Shown: positions 38,500 to 48,634 of the stretch, in pieces
Position numbering within the stretch: position 1 is the stretch's first letter
Layout of the letters: each line of letters starts with the position of its first letter
Assembly (NCBI GenBank): GCA_000996895.1
Contig: LCBB01000003.1
Location: 3,659 to 67,658 of the forward strand
Length of the DNA stretch: 64,000 nucleotides
Source of the DNA: a candidate division WWE3 bacterium GW2011_GWC2_41_23
GTDB lineage: Bacteria > Patescibacteriota > WWE3 > UBA101185 > UBA10185
Direction: 5' to 3'
Made by a program: the position numbers and the translations under genes
The notes under the pieces: model-generated
What the model saw: the letters and a program-made list of their open reading frames with translations, nothing else
Told to the model about the DNA's origin: nothing
Databases searched by the model: none

Positions 38500-39618
38500 A
38501 TGAGATCTGTACCTGCCCAAAGGAAGGCTCCCATTCGTAATAGGAGTTCCTCCCGGACAACTAAAAATAAAGTTAATTCCGGAGCGGGTAAGAAAAAACT
38601 GATTAACAGAGGCACCCAGAAGTATTTTTCACAAATGGCATTAGGCGGGCTGATTTTTTTCTCCGCCTTTATTTTTTTGGCGGGGTATTCCATCTATAAA
38701 TATTTAAACCAGGCGTTTGCTTCGGCATCCTCAGCAGATTCCTATGCCATCTCTGACAGCAGTATAGTTACTCTGTCTTTTATTGAAGTCGAAAATGTAA
38801 ACGCCGACCCTGTCATCCTAAAAGGTTTAAAGTATATTGTTTTTGACAAAAATGATGAAAAGGTAAGTGTTTTTGACATCCCGCTCGACATCAAGGTAGA
38901 CATGACCGGAAAGTTCGGAGAAGAGGAGATTTCAAAGGTTTTTGCTCTCGGGGCACTAAATTCCACTAACGTGACGGTAGACGGTATAAAATCGGTAAAT
39001 AATACGATAATGAGGATTTTTGGGTTTTCCATAGACAGGTACATTTTGGTCAACGAGGACTTAGCCGAAACGTTGCTGAATTCTTTCAGCGGGAAAGGAC
39101 TATCGGAAATATTAAATCTTCAGGTAGCTTCGGATTTAAAAAAATTCACAATAAGCAATTTAACAATCAGCGAATATTACTCCTTGGTTAATTTTTCGGG
39201 CGGTTTAGCAAAAGATAAGATAGCTATGTATTCAATCACACAAGAGGATATAAACGACAGCGGGAACCTGGACAGCCAGATTGCTGATATGAATTTTGAC
39301 GGGGATATATCGCGCGAAGAATTGAGTGTCGCAATTCTTAACGGCACAGATTATCCCGGGGTGGCTATGTTTGGGTCGAGATTGGTAACTAACTCCGGTG
39401 GTAGGGTAGTGGCGGTTTCAAACGCAGCGTCGAGATACGAGACAAGTTATATCGCTACGGATATCCGCGATTCTGCCACGTTGAGCTATTTAAGCCGGGT
39501 TTTAGGTATCCGAAACATTATTTCCAAACAAGAAGCCCAAAAATTCAATGAAAACGAGGTTGATAGGTCCGAAATCACTGTAATAGTGGGATTTGACACT
39601 GCCGACTCTTTGTACTAA
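38500..39618 (+). CDS. LCP-like protein with LytR C-terminal domain
   Basis: TM anchor, VFDIP.D, ILNGT..PG.A, TVIVG.D. Confidence 0.75.
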   Translation: MRSVPAQRKAPIRNRSSSRTTKNKVNSGAGKKKLINRGTQKYFSQMALGGLIFFSAFIFLAGYSIYKYLNQAFASASSADSYAISDSSIVTLSFIEVENVNADPVILKGLKYIVFDKNDEKVSVFDIPLDIKVDMTGKFGEEEISKVFALGALNSTNVTVDGIKSVNNTIMRIFGFSIDRYILVNEDLAETLLNSFSGKGLSEILNLQVASDLKKFTISNLTISEYYSLVNFSGGLAKDKIAMYSITQEDINDSGNLDSQIADMNFDGDISREELSVAILNGTDYPGVAMFGSRLVTNSGGRVVAVSNAASRYETSYIATDIRDSATLSYLSRVLGIRNIISKQEAQKFNENEVDRSEITVIVGFDTADSLY

Positions 39619-39687
39619 CATAACCCTAGTACTCTCTCCTTTCTACCCCCGTCCCAAATAAGGGCGGGGGATTATATATTTTAGGAC

Positions 39688-42267
39688 ATGTTTCTTACAT
39701 ACATTCTAATAACAGCAGGCTGCTTTCTAATAGTAGTGTTCTTAATTTTCTTAAAAAGCCGTTCAGGTGGTGAAAGTGTTGATTCCACGCTCGTAAAGGA
39801 CAGTTTGTTGGATGAGAGTAGTTTCGCGGTTTTTGAGGTTCAGCTGAGTAAAAATGAAGAAATTGCCGACATATCGCCAACAAGGGCATCTTTGGCAGCC
39901 GAAAGTATGTTCGCTGCTTTACACGGGTTACTCCGTGAAAAACCGGTAAATCAGGAATACTTGTCATTCGAGATTGTTTCCTCAACTTCCGACGGTATAC
40001 GTTTCTATTACACATGCCCCCGTGAAATCATCAAATTCGTAGAAAGTCAGGTTTACGCTCAGTTCCCCGGTGCCCACGTTAAGGCTGTTCCCGACCACGC
40101 GATGAGATTCAAAAATACATCTAAGCAGTATGAAATCGCTACAATTGACTTCGCCAGACCTTATTTTTTCCCCATAAAAAGTTTCCGTGATTTCGAAATA
40201 GACACGATGAGCGCCCTTACTTCGGCGATTTCTTCAGTTGGTGACAATGAGGAGATTTGGTATCAGTTTGTTATCAGACCCGTTGCAGATACCTGGCAGA
40301 AAGAAGGATATGATTACGTTCAAAAAGTTAGAGAGACCGGAGTTTCCTCGTCCGGAGGAAACGGATTTTTTTCAGGTTTTTTGAAAATTGCAGCGAAGGA
40401 ATTTAATGAGTTTGCGTCGGGTACTGCTACCGGGATGTTTCAATATAAGGAAAGAGTCGACGATTCCAGATTATCGGCAAAGCCACAAATAAAACTCCAA
40501 CTTTCCACCGAAATGGAACTCAGGGCTATCGAAAATAAACTATCGCACATGGGTTTTGAGACTAATGTCCGTGTTATGGCGACAGGAAATGATCACGACA
40601 GGGTTGATAACAACCTTAGGTCGTCCTTAGCTGTTCTCAAGCAGTATTCATCCACAGCCAATAACTCCTTTGTAGCCGACAAGGCGTCGAACAAGCCGCA
40701 TTTTTTGGGCATGATGTGTAACAGGACAATGGACGAGGACAAAATATTACTTCTAAATGCCGAAGAGCTTGCAACCTTTTTCCACTTTCCTTCGGCGGCT
40801 ATCGACACGCCGAACATACCGTGGATCTATTCAAGAAAGTCGGAACCTCCGGCGGATCTTCCTACCGAAGATTGTGTTTATATAGGAGAAACCACATTTA
40901 GGGACAAGAAGGTACGGTTCGGTCTAAAGAACAACGATGACCGTTTGAGACATTTATATGTGATAGGGAAGTCGGGTACAGGAAAATCTTCACTCTTTGA
41001 ATCTATGATTGCGCAGGACATTGCGGCCGGGGCAGGAGTAGGTGTTTTGGACCCGCACGGTGAAACAATAGAAAGAATTCTGGACAGGATACCTGACAAC
41101 AGGATTGAGGACGTCGTTTATTTTGATCCGTCAGACACCGAGCTTCCGGTGGGTCTTAACTTGCTGGAGATAGATGATCCTTCTAACAAAAATCTTATGG
41201 CATCGGGGCTTGTAGACGCTATTAAGCAGCATTTTGACTACTCCTGGGGTCCGAGATTGGAGTATCTTTTGAATTACGCGATCCTTACTCTTTTGGAAGT
41301 TCCCGGCACCAACATGCTCGGTATCACCCGTTTACTGGAAGACAAAAATTACCAAAATTACATCCTTCATTTTGTAAAAGACCCCGTGGTCGTTAAGTTC
41401 TGGGAAACCGAATTTAAAGAGATGAAAGGAAATCAGAAGCTCGTAACCGAAGCTATATCTCCTATTCAAAACAAGGTTAATAGGTTCTTAGCTTCTACTA
41501 CAATCAGAAATATTTTGGGCCAGAAGAAATCCACGCTGGATATATGGGATGCAATGAATTCCGGAAAAATACTTCTCATGAATCTCTCTAAAGGTAAGAT
41601 CGGAAGCGACAACGCTAACCTTTTAGGTGCACTTTTGGTGTCACGTATTCAGTTTTACGCTTTGCAGAGAGCTAAAATACCTTACGACGACCGCCGCCCC
41701 TTCTATCTTTACGTTGATGAGTTCCAGAATTTTGCCACCGGAAGTTTTGAAGAGGTGTTGTCTGAATCCAGAAAATACAAACTCGGTTTATACCTTACCC
41801 ATCAGTTTACCGCCCAGCTACCTGAAGAACTGCTAAAGTCCGTTTTTGGTAATGTGGGGACAATTATGGCATTTTCTTTGGGAGCGCCGGACGCAAAAGA
41901 ACTTGCCAATGAGTTTGCACCGTATTTCAATGCTGAGGACATCATCTCTCTTGAGCGTTTCCAGGTTTACATGAAGCTGATGAAAGACGGAATGACCTCC
42001 CATCCGTTTTCAGCCAGAATATTGGTGCCTTTTGAAAAGGACTTTTTGCTTGCCAAGACGGGTAATAGGGACAGGGTAATCCAAAGAAGCCGCGAGAAGT
42101 ACGGAGTGCCCCGTGAGTACGTGGAGAGCAAGATTAATAAGTGGGTAGAGGCAAAATTTGACAAAGGTACCGCAATTGCTCAAGAATATAAAGACAAGGA
42201 AGGAAAGACCCTGGGTACAACCGAAATTCCTTTGGATAAGGGCACTTCGGAAGGGCAATTAATTTAA
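39688..42267 (+). CDS. VirD4/TraG-like (HerA/FtsK superfamily) coupling ATPase
   Basis: RHLYVIGKSGTGKS, DPHG, LYVDEFQNF, SESRKYKL.L...HQ. Confidence 0.88.
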   Translation: MFLTYILITAGCFLIVVFLIFLKSRSGGESVDSTLVKDSLLDESSFAVFEVQLSKNEEIADISPTRASLAAESMFAALHGLLREKPVNQEYLSFEIVSSTSDGIRFYYTCPREIIKFVESQVYAQFPGAHVKAVPDHAMRFKNTSKQYEIATIDFARPYFFPIKSFRDFEIDTMSALTSAISSVGDNEEIWYQFVIRPVADTWQKEGYDYVQKVRETGVSSSGGNGFFSGFLKIAAKEFNEFASGTATGMFQYKERVDDSRLSAKPQIKLQLSTEMELRAIENKLSHMGFETNVRVMATGNDHDRVDNNLRSSLAVLKQYSSTANNSFVADKASNKPHFLGMMCNRTMDEDKILLLNAEELATFFHFPSAAIDTPNIPWIYSRKSEPPADLPTEDCVYIGETTFRDKKVRFGLKNNDDRLRHLYVIGKSGTGKSSLFESMIAQDIAAGAGVGVLDPHGETIERILDRIPDNRIEDVVYFDPSDTELPVGLNLLEIDDPSNKNLMASGLVDAIKQHFDYSWGPRLEYLLNYAILTLLEVPGTNMLGITRLLEDKNYQNYILHFVKDPVVVKFWETEFKEMKGNQKLVTEAISPIQNKVNRFLASTTIRNILGQKKSTLDIWDAMNSGKILLMNLSKGKIGSDNANLLGALLVSRIQFYALQRAKIPYDDRRPFYLYVDEFQNFATGSFEEVLSESRKYKLGLYLTHQFTAQLPEELLKSVFGNVGTIMAFSLGAPDAKELANEFAPYFNAEDIISLERFQVYMKLMKDGMTSHPFSARILVPFEKDFLLAKTGNRDRVIQRSREKYGVPREYVESKINKWVEAKFDKGTAIAQEYKDKEGKTLGTTEIPLDKGTSEGQLI

Positions 42268-42280
42268 GGAAGGGAAGAAA

Positions 42281-43069
42281 ATGGCCGAAAACGAATTAGA
42301 CGCAATATCTGAAAGAGGTGTAGAAGATTTAAGAAAATTAGTTGCGTTAACACACAGCAACTTAGAAAAGATTTCCCGTATTCTGGACAACATAGATAAA
42401 GAGAAACGTAAAGAAATGTATAAAGAGATGCCCGGAGTATCCGGATATTTTGACGGAACCTATTTGATAGGGGAGGACGGTTCAAAGTATGAGGTTCCCG
42501 CTAATTACGCAGCCAAATCAAGAATAGTGTTCGGTGATACCCTGAAAATGATAGAAGAGGACGGCAAAAAGCTGTTCAAGCAAATCGATAAGGTTCCCAG
42601 GAAACGACTGGAGGGAATTTTGTCCAAAAAAGAAGGCAAATGGTACTTTCTCTCCGACGGAGGGACTTATAAAGTATCGGATATAGCCGCAGAATTCCAC
42701 AAGGCAGAGTTAAATGATAAAGCCGTAGCGTATGTACCCGAGAATGCGCTGAACGCAACGTACGCAGCTCTAGACTATCTTGAGAAAGAAAAGTTACCCG
42801 AAGTTACGCAGGATCAGAAGAAAAAAGAAGTTCCGGTTACTGCGACCTTGAAAAAAGCTGACAGTGAGATTAAGGTAAAAATCGCGGAAACTAAAAAATC
42901 TGAAGCTAGAAGTGTGCAAAAACCGGTAGAGAGAAAAATAGTAAGTCCTGTGAAACCTAAACCCACCGTCAAGCCGGAAGTCAAACCCGAGTCAAAATCG
43001 GCTCCCGAGCCGCCAAAAACACAAAAAGAATTCGTCGCTAATATAATGGATGACGATGATTTGAGGTAA
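42281..43069 (+). CDS. conserved hypothetical protein with Lys/Pro-rich tail
   Basis: G.FDG..., Y.VP.NYA.KS....GD.LK; co-oriented with ATPase, SD present. Confidence 0.7.
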   Translation: MAENELDAISERGVEDLRKLVALTHSNLEKISRILDNIDKEKRKEMYKEMPGVSGYFDGTYLIGEDGSKYEVPANYAAKSRIVFGDTLKMIEEDGKKLFKQIDKVPRKRLEGILSKKEGKWYFLSDGGTYKVSDIAAEFHKAELNDKAVAYVPENALNATYAALDYLEKEKLPEVTQDQKKKEVPVTATLKKADSEIKVKIAETKKSEARSVQKPVERKIVSPVKPKPTVKPEVKPESKSAPEPPKTQKEFVANIMDDDDLR

Positions 43070-43070
43070 A

Positions 43071-43766
43071 TTATTCCTCGACTATCTCTTCTTCTTCCTC
43101 GGCTTCTTCATCCTCGAGGTCTATGTCGTCCAACCCCTTCTTAATGTAAGGTCTTATGTCTTGTTTTTCACCGCGGAAAATTGGAACGGATGATTTAATT
43201 ATCATAGTCAGAGACTTGTCGGCTGCCCTGACAACATAGCCGCTCACTTCTGCATGTATATCCGCCGCTTTATTCAATCTGGAAACAATTTCTTTTTCTT
43301 CAAGGACTGAGACCAAAATTTCCTTGTCTTTTCTGCACTTATAAACATCGATGTTTTTCTTTTTTATCTTGAATTTAAGGCATTCTCCGATGGTAAAATC
43401 CCTTCCGGTAATACCTTTGCAGTTTATATTTGCAACTATTTCAACGGTTGTGCCGGGTTCTTTGAGAAGGTGGTTTGAATTTATGCCGTTTTCGTGTTTA
43501 ACGTCGATTTTTTTGGCTTTGGCAACTTCGTAATTTTTCAGTGCGACCGCGTTTATGGGGTCTACAGCTAGTACCTCTTTAAATATTTTTTTGGCTTTAT
43601 CGAATTGCTTTAGCTGTATCATCGCTCTTCCCAACCTGATTTTTGTTTCCAGGTTGTTAGGATATTTTTCTAGAATTTGGGAGTTTAATTCTATTGCTTT
43701 TTCCCAGTTGTGGCCGAGTGCGGCCTCTATTGCCTTCTTGCTCAGTATAGCGAGGCTTAATTGCAT
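43071..43766 (-). CDS. tetratricopeptide repeat protein
   Basis: N-terminal TPR pair (WEKAIELN..IL..YPNN, LGRA....AKKIFKEVL.VDP.N), EPG motif, acidic tail. Confidence 0.8.
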   Translation of the reverse strand: MQLSLAILSKKAIEAALGHNWEKAIELNSQILEKYPNNLETKIRLGRAMIQLKQFDKAKKIFKEVLAVDPINAVALKNYEVAKAKKIDVKHENGINSNHLLKEPGTTVEIVANINCKGITGRDFTIGECLKFKIKKKNIDVYKCRKDKEILVSVLEEKEIVSRLNKAADIHAEVSGYVVRAADKSLTMIIKSSVPIFRGEKQDIRPYIKKGLDDIDLEDEEAEEEEEIVEE

Positions 43767-43827
43767 GCCTACAAGGATAATAAATATAAAGTTTTTGTCA
43801 ATCACAAAAAATGCTAATATAGCATGT

Positions 43828-44370
43828 ATGTCGGGGCACTCTAAATGGGCAAATATCAAAAGAAAAAAGGAAGTTACGGACGCTAAAAAAGGCAAAATTT
43901 TCTCAAAGATGAGCCGTCTCATCAGTGTTGCAGCCCGTAACGGCGCGGATCCCGATTCTAATGCTCCGTTAAGAATAGCGGTCGAAAAGGCTAAAGAAGC
44001 CAGAATGCCGAAGGAAAATATAGATAAGGCTATCGCTAAAGGCTCGGGACAGGGCGGGGGAGACAGCTATTCGGAGGTCACTTATGAAGGTTTTGGACCC
44101 GGGGGTGAAGCTTTTTATATTTTAGCTTTAACAGACAACAAAAACAGGACGGTTTCAGAAATCAGAAACATTTTTAGTAAAGCCGGTGGATCTTTAGGTG
44201 GGGCGGGTAGTACCGCGTACATTTTTAATCCTGATCCTGAGAACCCTTCTTATTCAATGGAAATCGATGATCCTAAATATGCTTCAAGACTGGAATCTCT
44301 TTTGGAAGAACTGGACGACCATGACGATGTTCAGGATGTATATGTAAATTTCGTCCTGCCGGAAGAATAA
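43828..44370 (+). CDS. yebC: YebC/PmpR family protein (shortened, 180 aa)
   Basis: MSGHSKWANIK, YEGFGPGG, TDNKNRT, DDVQDVY.N; precedes ruvC. Confidence 0.93.
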   Translation: MSGHSKWANIKRKKEVTDAKKGKIFSKMSRLISVAARNGADPDSNAPLRIAVEKAKEARMPKENIDKAIAKGSGQGGGDSYSEVTYEGFGPGGEAFYILALTDNKNRTVSEIRNIFSKAGGSLGGAGSTAYIFNPDPENPSYSMEIDDPKYASRLESLLEELDDHDDVQDVYVNFVLPEE

Positions 44371-44374
44371 CGAC

Positions 44375-44857
44375 ATGGTAATTTTAGGTATTGATCCGGG
44401 AACGGCGAGACTCGGGTATGGAATAATCAAAGAAAAAACTAAAGACAGGTTGTCGTTAGTTAAATCGGGCGTTTTTGTTACAGCAAAAGAATCACAATTA
44501 CAGGACAGACTCCTTTATTTATACGAAAATCTTCTTGAGCTTATTGAAAAATATTCCCCTGACGTAATAGTCGTGGAACGTATATTTTTTAACACGAACG
44601 CTAAGACAGCTATTGCAGTGGGACAGGCTAGGGGAGTAATACTTTTGTCAGCGGCCCGTACAAAAACCCGTATACACGAGTACACGGCTCTTGAAGCTAA
44701 ACTGGTGTTGACGGGGTACGGCAGATCGGACAAAAAAGTTATGCAGGAAGCTGTAAAGGATATTCTTCAGCTTGAGGCTATCGTCAAGTCCGACGACGCT
44801 AACGATGCCGTTGCTATGGCTTTATGTTACATAAAAAAAGGAGAGTCCAAAAAATGA
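44375..44857 (+). CDS. ruvC: Holliday junction resolvase RuvC
   Basis: LGIDPG, VERIFF, GQARGV, TGYGRSDK, DDANDAVA. Confidence 0.96.
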   Translation: MVILGIDPGTARLGYGIIKEKTKDRLSLVKSGVFVTAKESQLQDRLLYLYENLLELIEKYSPDVIVVERIFFNTNAKTAIAVGQARGVILLSAARTKTRIHEYTALEAKLVLTGYGRSDKKVMQEAVKDILQLEAIVKSDDANDAVAMALCYIKKGESKK

Positions 44858-45675
44858 TTCGCACTATTACACAGACAATAACCCAAAAAGTAGAGAAGAA
44901 ATACAGGTTTGCAATACACGCGCTATTTTATGCTGCATTTTTGTTCTTACACAGCAGCGGATTTATCCCTCTTGAGAGTTTCGGACTTTATTTCGCCATA
45001 CTTTTAGTTACAAGCTTTTCAGTAATCCTCGTGCATTATCCGAACGTGACCTACAGGAACATTTTTATGGCTGTACTTTTACCTATGAACCTCGCCTTAG
45101 GAGGCACCCTGGCTTTATTGCTTTTTCCTAATATAAGTTTGGTATTTAAACTCTCAGCGATAATTGCCTTTTCATTTTTGGATTATATTATTTTGCTGAT
45201 AAATAATGTTTTTTTGGTGATAGAAGACAGAGAAGAAGTGATCCCTCTTTATAGGGTTGCGGTTACGTGGAGTTTAATACTACAAATCATAGTTCTGATA
45301 CCCCTTGTCGCCTCCATCTACAAATTTAATGTTAATAGCTTTTACCATGCCACAGCAGTAGCTGTTTTAGCATTTTTTTATTCTTTATATCAGATATGGG
45401 TTACCAGGTACGATAAAGATGCGAAGAACGCCGGGGTAGCAGAGAAGATTTTTTTATCGTTTATCGTATTTTTCCTGGTTTTTTCCGGTGTGATAGGTGT
45501 TTCTTTCATTCCGTCTGAACCGTTTCTAAGAGCTTTGTTTACATCGTCCGTTGCCATGTTCGGGCTTAGCTATGTAAGCGCCTATTTAAAAAACGAAATT
45601 AATAAGAAATTTATATTTCAGTACGCTTTTATTACGATAGTTTTCCTCGTGTTAATGTTGATATTCCGCCCTTAA
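44854..45675 (+). CDS. polytopic membrane protein of unknown function
   Basis: About 9-10 hydrophobic segments. Confidence 0.75.
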   Translation: MIRTITQTITQKVEKKYRFAIHALFYAAFLFLHSSGFIPLESFGLYFAILLVTSFSVILVHYPNVTYRNIFMAVLLPMNLALGGTLALLLFPNISLVFKLSAIIAFSFLDYIILLINNVFLVIEDREEVIPLYRVAVTWSLILQIIVLIPLVASIYKFNVNSFYHATAVAVLAFFYSLYQIWVTRYDKDAKNAGVAEKIFLSFIVFFLVFSGVIGVSFIPSEPFLRALFTSSVAMFGLSYVSAYLKNEINKKFIFQYAFITIVFLVLMLIFRP

Positions 45676-45915
45676 GTACCCGGGTAGGTGAGTGAAGAAG
45701 GGGAGAACCAAGAGAAGAACTATAGGGTATAATTTGTCGTACTTCCTAGCAATAAATACTATAGGGTGCTAATGTCGAACATAATCCCGTACGTTTGACC
45801 TATATTTAAGGACGTTTGTCATATATCTGAGCAAATAAACTGTTCATTTTATGACAGTATTCGTTGTAACAGCAACGTTCTGCACGATTGTCATACTTTT
45901 CGGTGGGGTGGGGGT

Positions 45916-45924
45916 GTGGATAAC
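45916..45924 (-). promoter_or_regulatory. single consensus DnaA box
   Basis: TGTGGATAA = reverse complement of TTATCCACA. Confidence 0.4.
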
Positions 45925-46142
45925 TCAGGACGCCGGTTTCGGTAATTCAGTTTTAATAATTCAGATCATCCGGAGAGCAGGGAATTTTTATTCTTTTCTA
46001 TTAATAAATTAGATTAATAAATATTCGTTAATTAAAAATCATAAATAAATCTTTTGCGTTTATTTTTAGTGCATTCATTCTCTCTCACTAATTTGTGTCG
46101 TATATTTGCTTTGGCCACGCCACAGGCTCAGCCTCCAACTCA

Positions 46143-46170
46143 ACGTCGTTAAACATACATTATACGACGT
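46143..46170. other. candidate dif (Xer recombination) site
   Basis: Minus strand ACGTCGTATAA-TGTATG-TTTAACGACGT, 11-6-11 architecture, 336 bp upstream of the xer gene. Confidence 0.65.
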
Positions 46171-46506
46171 GTGGCGTGTAGACAAAACCGGCATGCCCCA
46201 CGTATAGGTATATCTTATTTTATTCACGCGAAATTATTTTTCTATTTTCTCTATTTATTACTGTAATAATATTTTCTGCTTCTCTTCCAAAAATATACTT
46301 TCCCCTATTATTCCCGTGTATCCTTATAAATTACATTTAACGCACGGTGCCCCTCCCAAAATTTTTCTGATTTCTCTACCCGCCTCCGGTTCGTTGGGAT
46401 ATTTCATCCTCTATGTACTATAATCTATATATCTTAATGAAATTCGGGCTCATTTCATGAGATGCTGTGCCATTATTTGTTGTTGTGATAAATTTTTTTA
46501 AAAAAG

Positions 46507-47547
46507 ATGACTAAAGTATCGTTAGACTCAAATCTCTCCGACGTGATAACCCAGTACCTCGAGTATTGTGAGATAGAAAAGAACCTCTCGCAGAACACTC
46601 TCAAAATGTATCATTTTTATTTAACGGATTTTTTAGAATGGCTGGGTGCGTTTTTAAAAATAGACAAAATCACCCTGGCGGAAATTACCGACGACAATAT
46701 TAAAAAATACAGACTTGATCTTAACCGCAGAATAAGTAGAAAATCCAACATGGAATTTAAACGTTCCACCCAAAAGACTTTTTTGGTTGCAATAAGGGCT
46801 TTATTGAAGTATTTGGTGGTTGAAACGGAGGTTGAGATTATGTCTCCGGAACAGATAATACTTGGAAAATCGGACGACCGTGTGCCCAAAGTCCTTAACG
46901 AAGAGCAGATGAAAAGGCTATTTGACGGCCAGGACCTGAGCAAAAGGTCCGGAATAAGGGACCGAGCCATTTTAGAAACTTTGTACAGTACGGGGCTTCG
47001 TGTTAGCGAACTCACCAAGTTAAACAGAGACGACGTTAATCTTATTTCCGGAGAGTTTACCGTTATAGGTAAGGGACGCAAAGCAAGAACTGTCTATTTA
47101 TCCCCCGCAGCAAAAGACTGGATAAAAAGGTACCTGGGGATTCGGGGGGATTCTTTTAAACCTTTATTTCTAAGATATTCAGGTAAGCACATGGAGTCGG
47201 ATGATTTTGACGGCGAGTCGTTGAGGCTTACAGTGCGCAGCGTTGAAAGAATGATTAAGAAATATGTTACGAACTCCGGCATTTCCGTTGATGCTACGCC
47301 CCATACTCTCAGGCACACTTACGCCACAGGGCTGCTTCAGGAGGGGGCGGATTTAAGAAGCGTTCAGGAATTGTTAGGCCACTCTAATGTTTCTACGACA
47401 CAGATTTACACCCACATCACGAACAGGCAGCTTAAAAACATTCATAAGCTTTATCACAAGGATATTGACGGTAAGCCGGCTTCTTACGCAAAAGACAACG
47501 AAGAAGATGTTAGTGACGACGACGCAGGAATAACTTCTTTAAGCTAA
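46507..47547 (+). CDS. XerC/XerD-family tyrosine recombinase
   Basis: SAM-like N-domain, RDRAILETLYSTGLRVSEL, GKGRKAR, TPHTLRH.YAT, LLGHS...TTQIYTH. Confidence 0.95.
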   Translation: MTKVSLDSNLSDVITQYLEYCEIEKNLSQNTLKMYHFYLTDFLEWLGAFLKIDKITLAEITDDNIKKYRLDLNRRISRKSNMEFKRSTQKTFLVAIRALLKYLVVETEVEIMSPEQIILGKSDDRVPKVLNEEQMKRLFDGQDLSKRSGIRDRAILETLYSTGLRVSELTKLNRDDVNLISGEFTVIGKGRKARTVYLSPAAKDWIKRYLGIRGDSFKPLFLRYSGKHMESDDFDGESLRLTVRSVERMIKKYVTNSGISVDATPHTLRHTYATGLLQEGADLRSVQELLGHSNVSTTQIYTHITNRQLKNIHKLYHKDIDGKPASYAKDNEEDVSDDDAGITSLS

Positions 47548-48611
47548 TTCAAAATCACATCATGCGCGTTGCTTTCACGTATGCCGGCCGGGGTTACACG
47601 AATAAATTCGGCGTTTTTCCAAAGTGCCTCTAAATTTATTGCACCGGAGTAACTAAAGCCCGATCTGATACCTGCTAACAGGCTTTCGATAACGTCCTGA
47701 AGCGGCCCTTTATAAGGTACTAATGCTTCTACACCCTCGGTATGATTGGTGTACGATTCGTTTTTATCCTGCGAATACTTCCCTATCTGTCGCACCTTTT
47801 CCTTTTTAGAGGTTGAACCGTTGTACTCTTTATATTCTTTACCGTTAATTTCAATTATTTCCCCGGGCGCCTCATCCGTTCCTGCCAATAAATTACCTAA
47901 TGTTACCGCAGATGCTCCCGCGGCAAGTGCCTTAACTATGTCGCCTGAGTTTTTAGCGCCCCCATCAGCAATTATTGTTTTACCGTATTTTTCTGCTGCC
48001 TTTTTTGCCTCACATATCGCGGTTATCTGCGGGACACCGTGGCCGGTCATTATTCTTGTAGTGCAGATGGAACCCGGTCCTACCCCGACCCTGACGGCGT
48101 CGGCGCCGGATTCAAATAGGGCGCAGGCCCCTTCATACGTGGCAATCACTCCGGCAATTACCGTTAGATCTTTACCGTACTTCTCCGCTATATATTTAGT
48201 TGCGCTGACAAATCTATCCATATGTCCGTGGGCAACATCCATAAGAATTACTTTAGCTCCGGCCTTAGCCAGGATTTCCGCCACTAATTTGTAACCCTCT
48301 TTACAACCCAGCGAGGCTGCAGCAACAACTCCCGAACTTGCGATTTTGGAAATATTGTCGGCTTGAATTTCCGGAGCGTCGAATCTTGGTAAAATTCCCA
48401 TTCCCCCTAGTTTTCCCAGTGCCACAGCCATTTCCACGCCTGTTACTGAATCCATATTTGTAGATATTAATGGAATGGACAGTTCAAGATTTTTAGATAT
48501 ACGGGTATTAAGGTTTATATCCCTTCTCGACCCTATTGAAGAGACTTTGGGTATTAATAAAACGTCGTCGTAGCTGAGAGCTGTTCTCAGGTCGTTTAAA
48601 TACACAATCAT
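47544..48611 (-). CDS. IMP dehydrogenase / GMP reductase family (no CBS domains)
   Basis: [31 protein letters not shown]. Confidence 0.9.
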   Translation of the reverse strand: MIVYLNDLRTALSYDDVLLIPKVSSIGSRRDINLNTRISKNLELSIPLISTNMDSVTGVEMAVALGKLGGMGILPRFDAPEIQADNISKIASSGVVAAASLGCKEGYKLVAEILAKAGAKVILMDVAHGHMDRFVSATKYIAEKYGKDLTVIAGVIATYEGACALFESGADAVRVGVGPGSICTTRIMTGHGVPQITAICEAKKAAEKYGKTIIADGGAKNSGDIVKALAAGASAVTLGNLLAGTDEAPGEIIEINGKEYKEYNGSTSKKEKVRQIGKYSQDKNESYTNHTEGVEALVPYKGPLQDVIESLLAGIRSGFSYSGAINLEALWKNAEFIRVTPAGIRESNAHDVILN

Positions 48612-48634
48612 TATGTTACGTCAGGAAAAAAAGT

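Noticed and set aside
43555-43922. Long N-terminal extensions making yebC and the TPR gene overlap
   Set aside because: ORF-caller extensions; conserved starts at 43828 and 43766 give divergent, non-overlapping genes
45676-46506. Confident oriC call
   Set aside because: Only one DnaA box, no dnaA/dnaN nearby, and flanking genes converge on the region instead of diverging
46507-47547. Prophage or island integrase mobilising the tRNA-Thr islet
   Set aside because: XerC/D-like sequence flanked by housekeeping genes, no att repeats or phage genes, 44 kb from the islet
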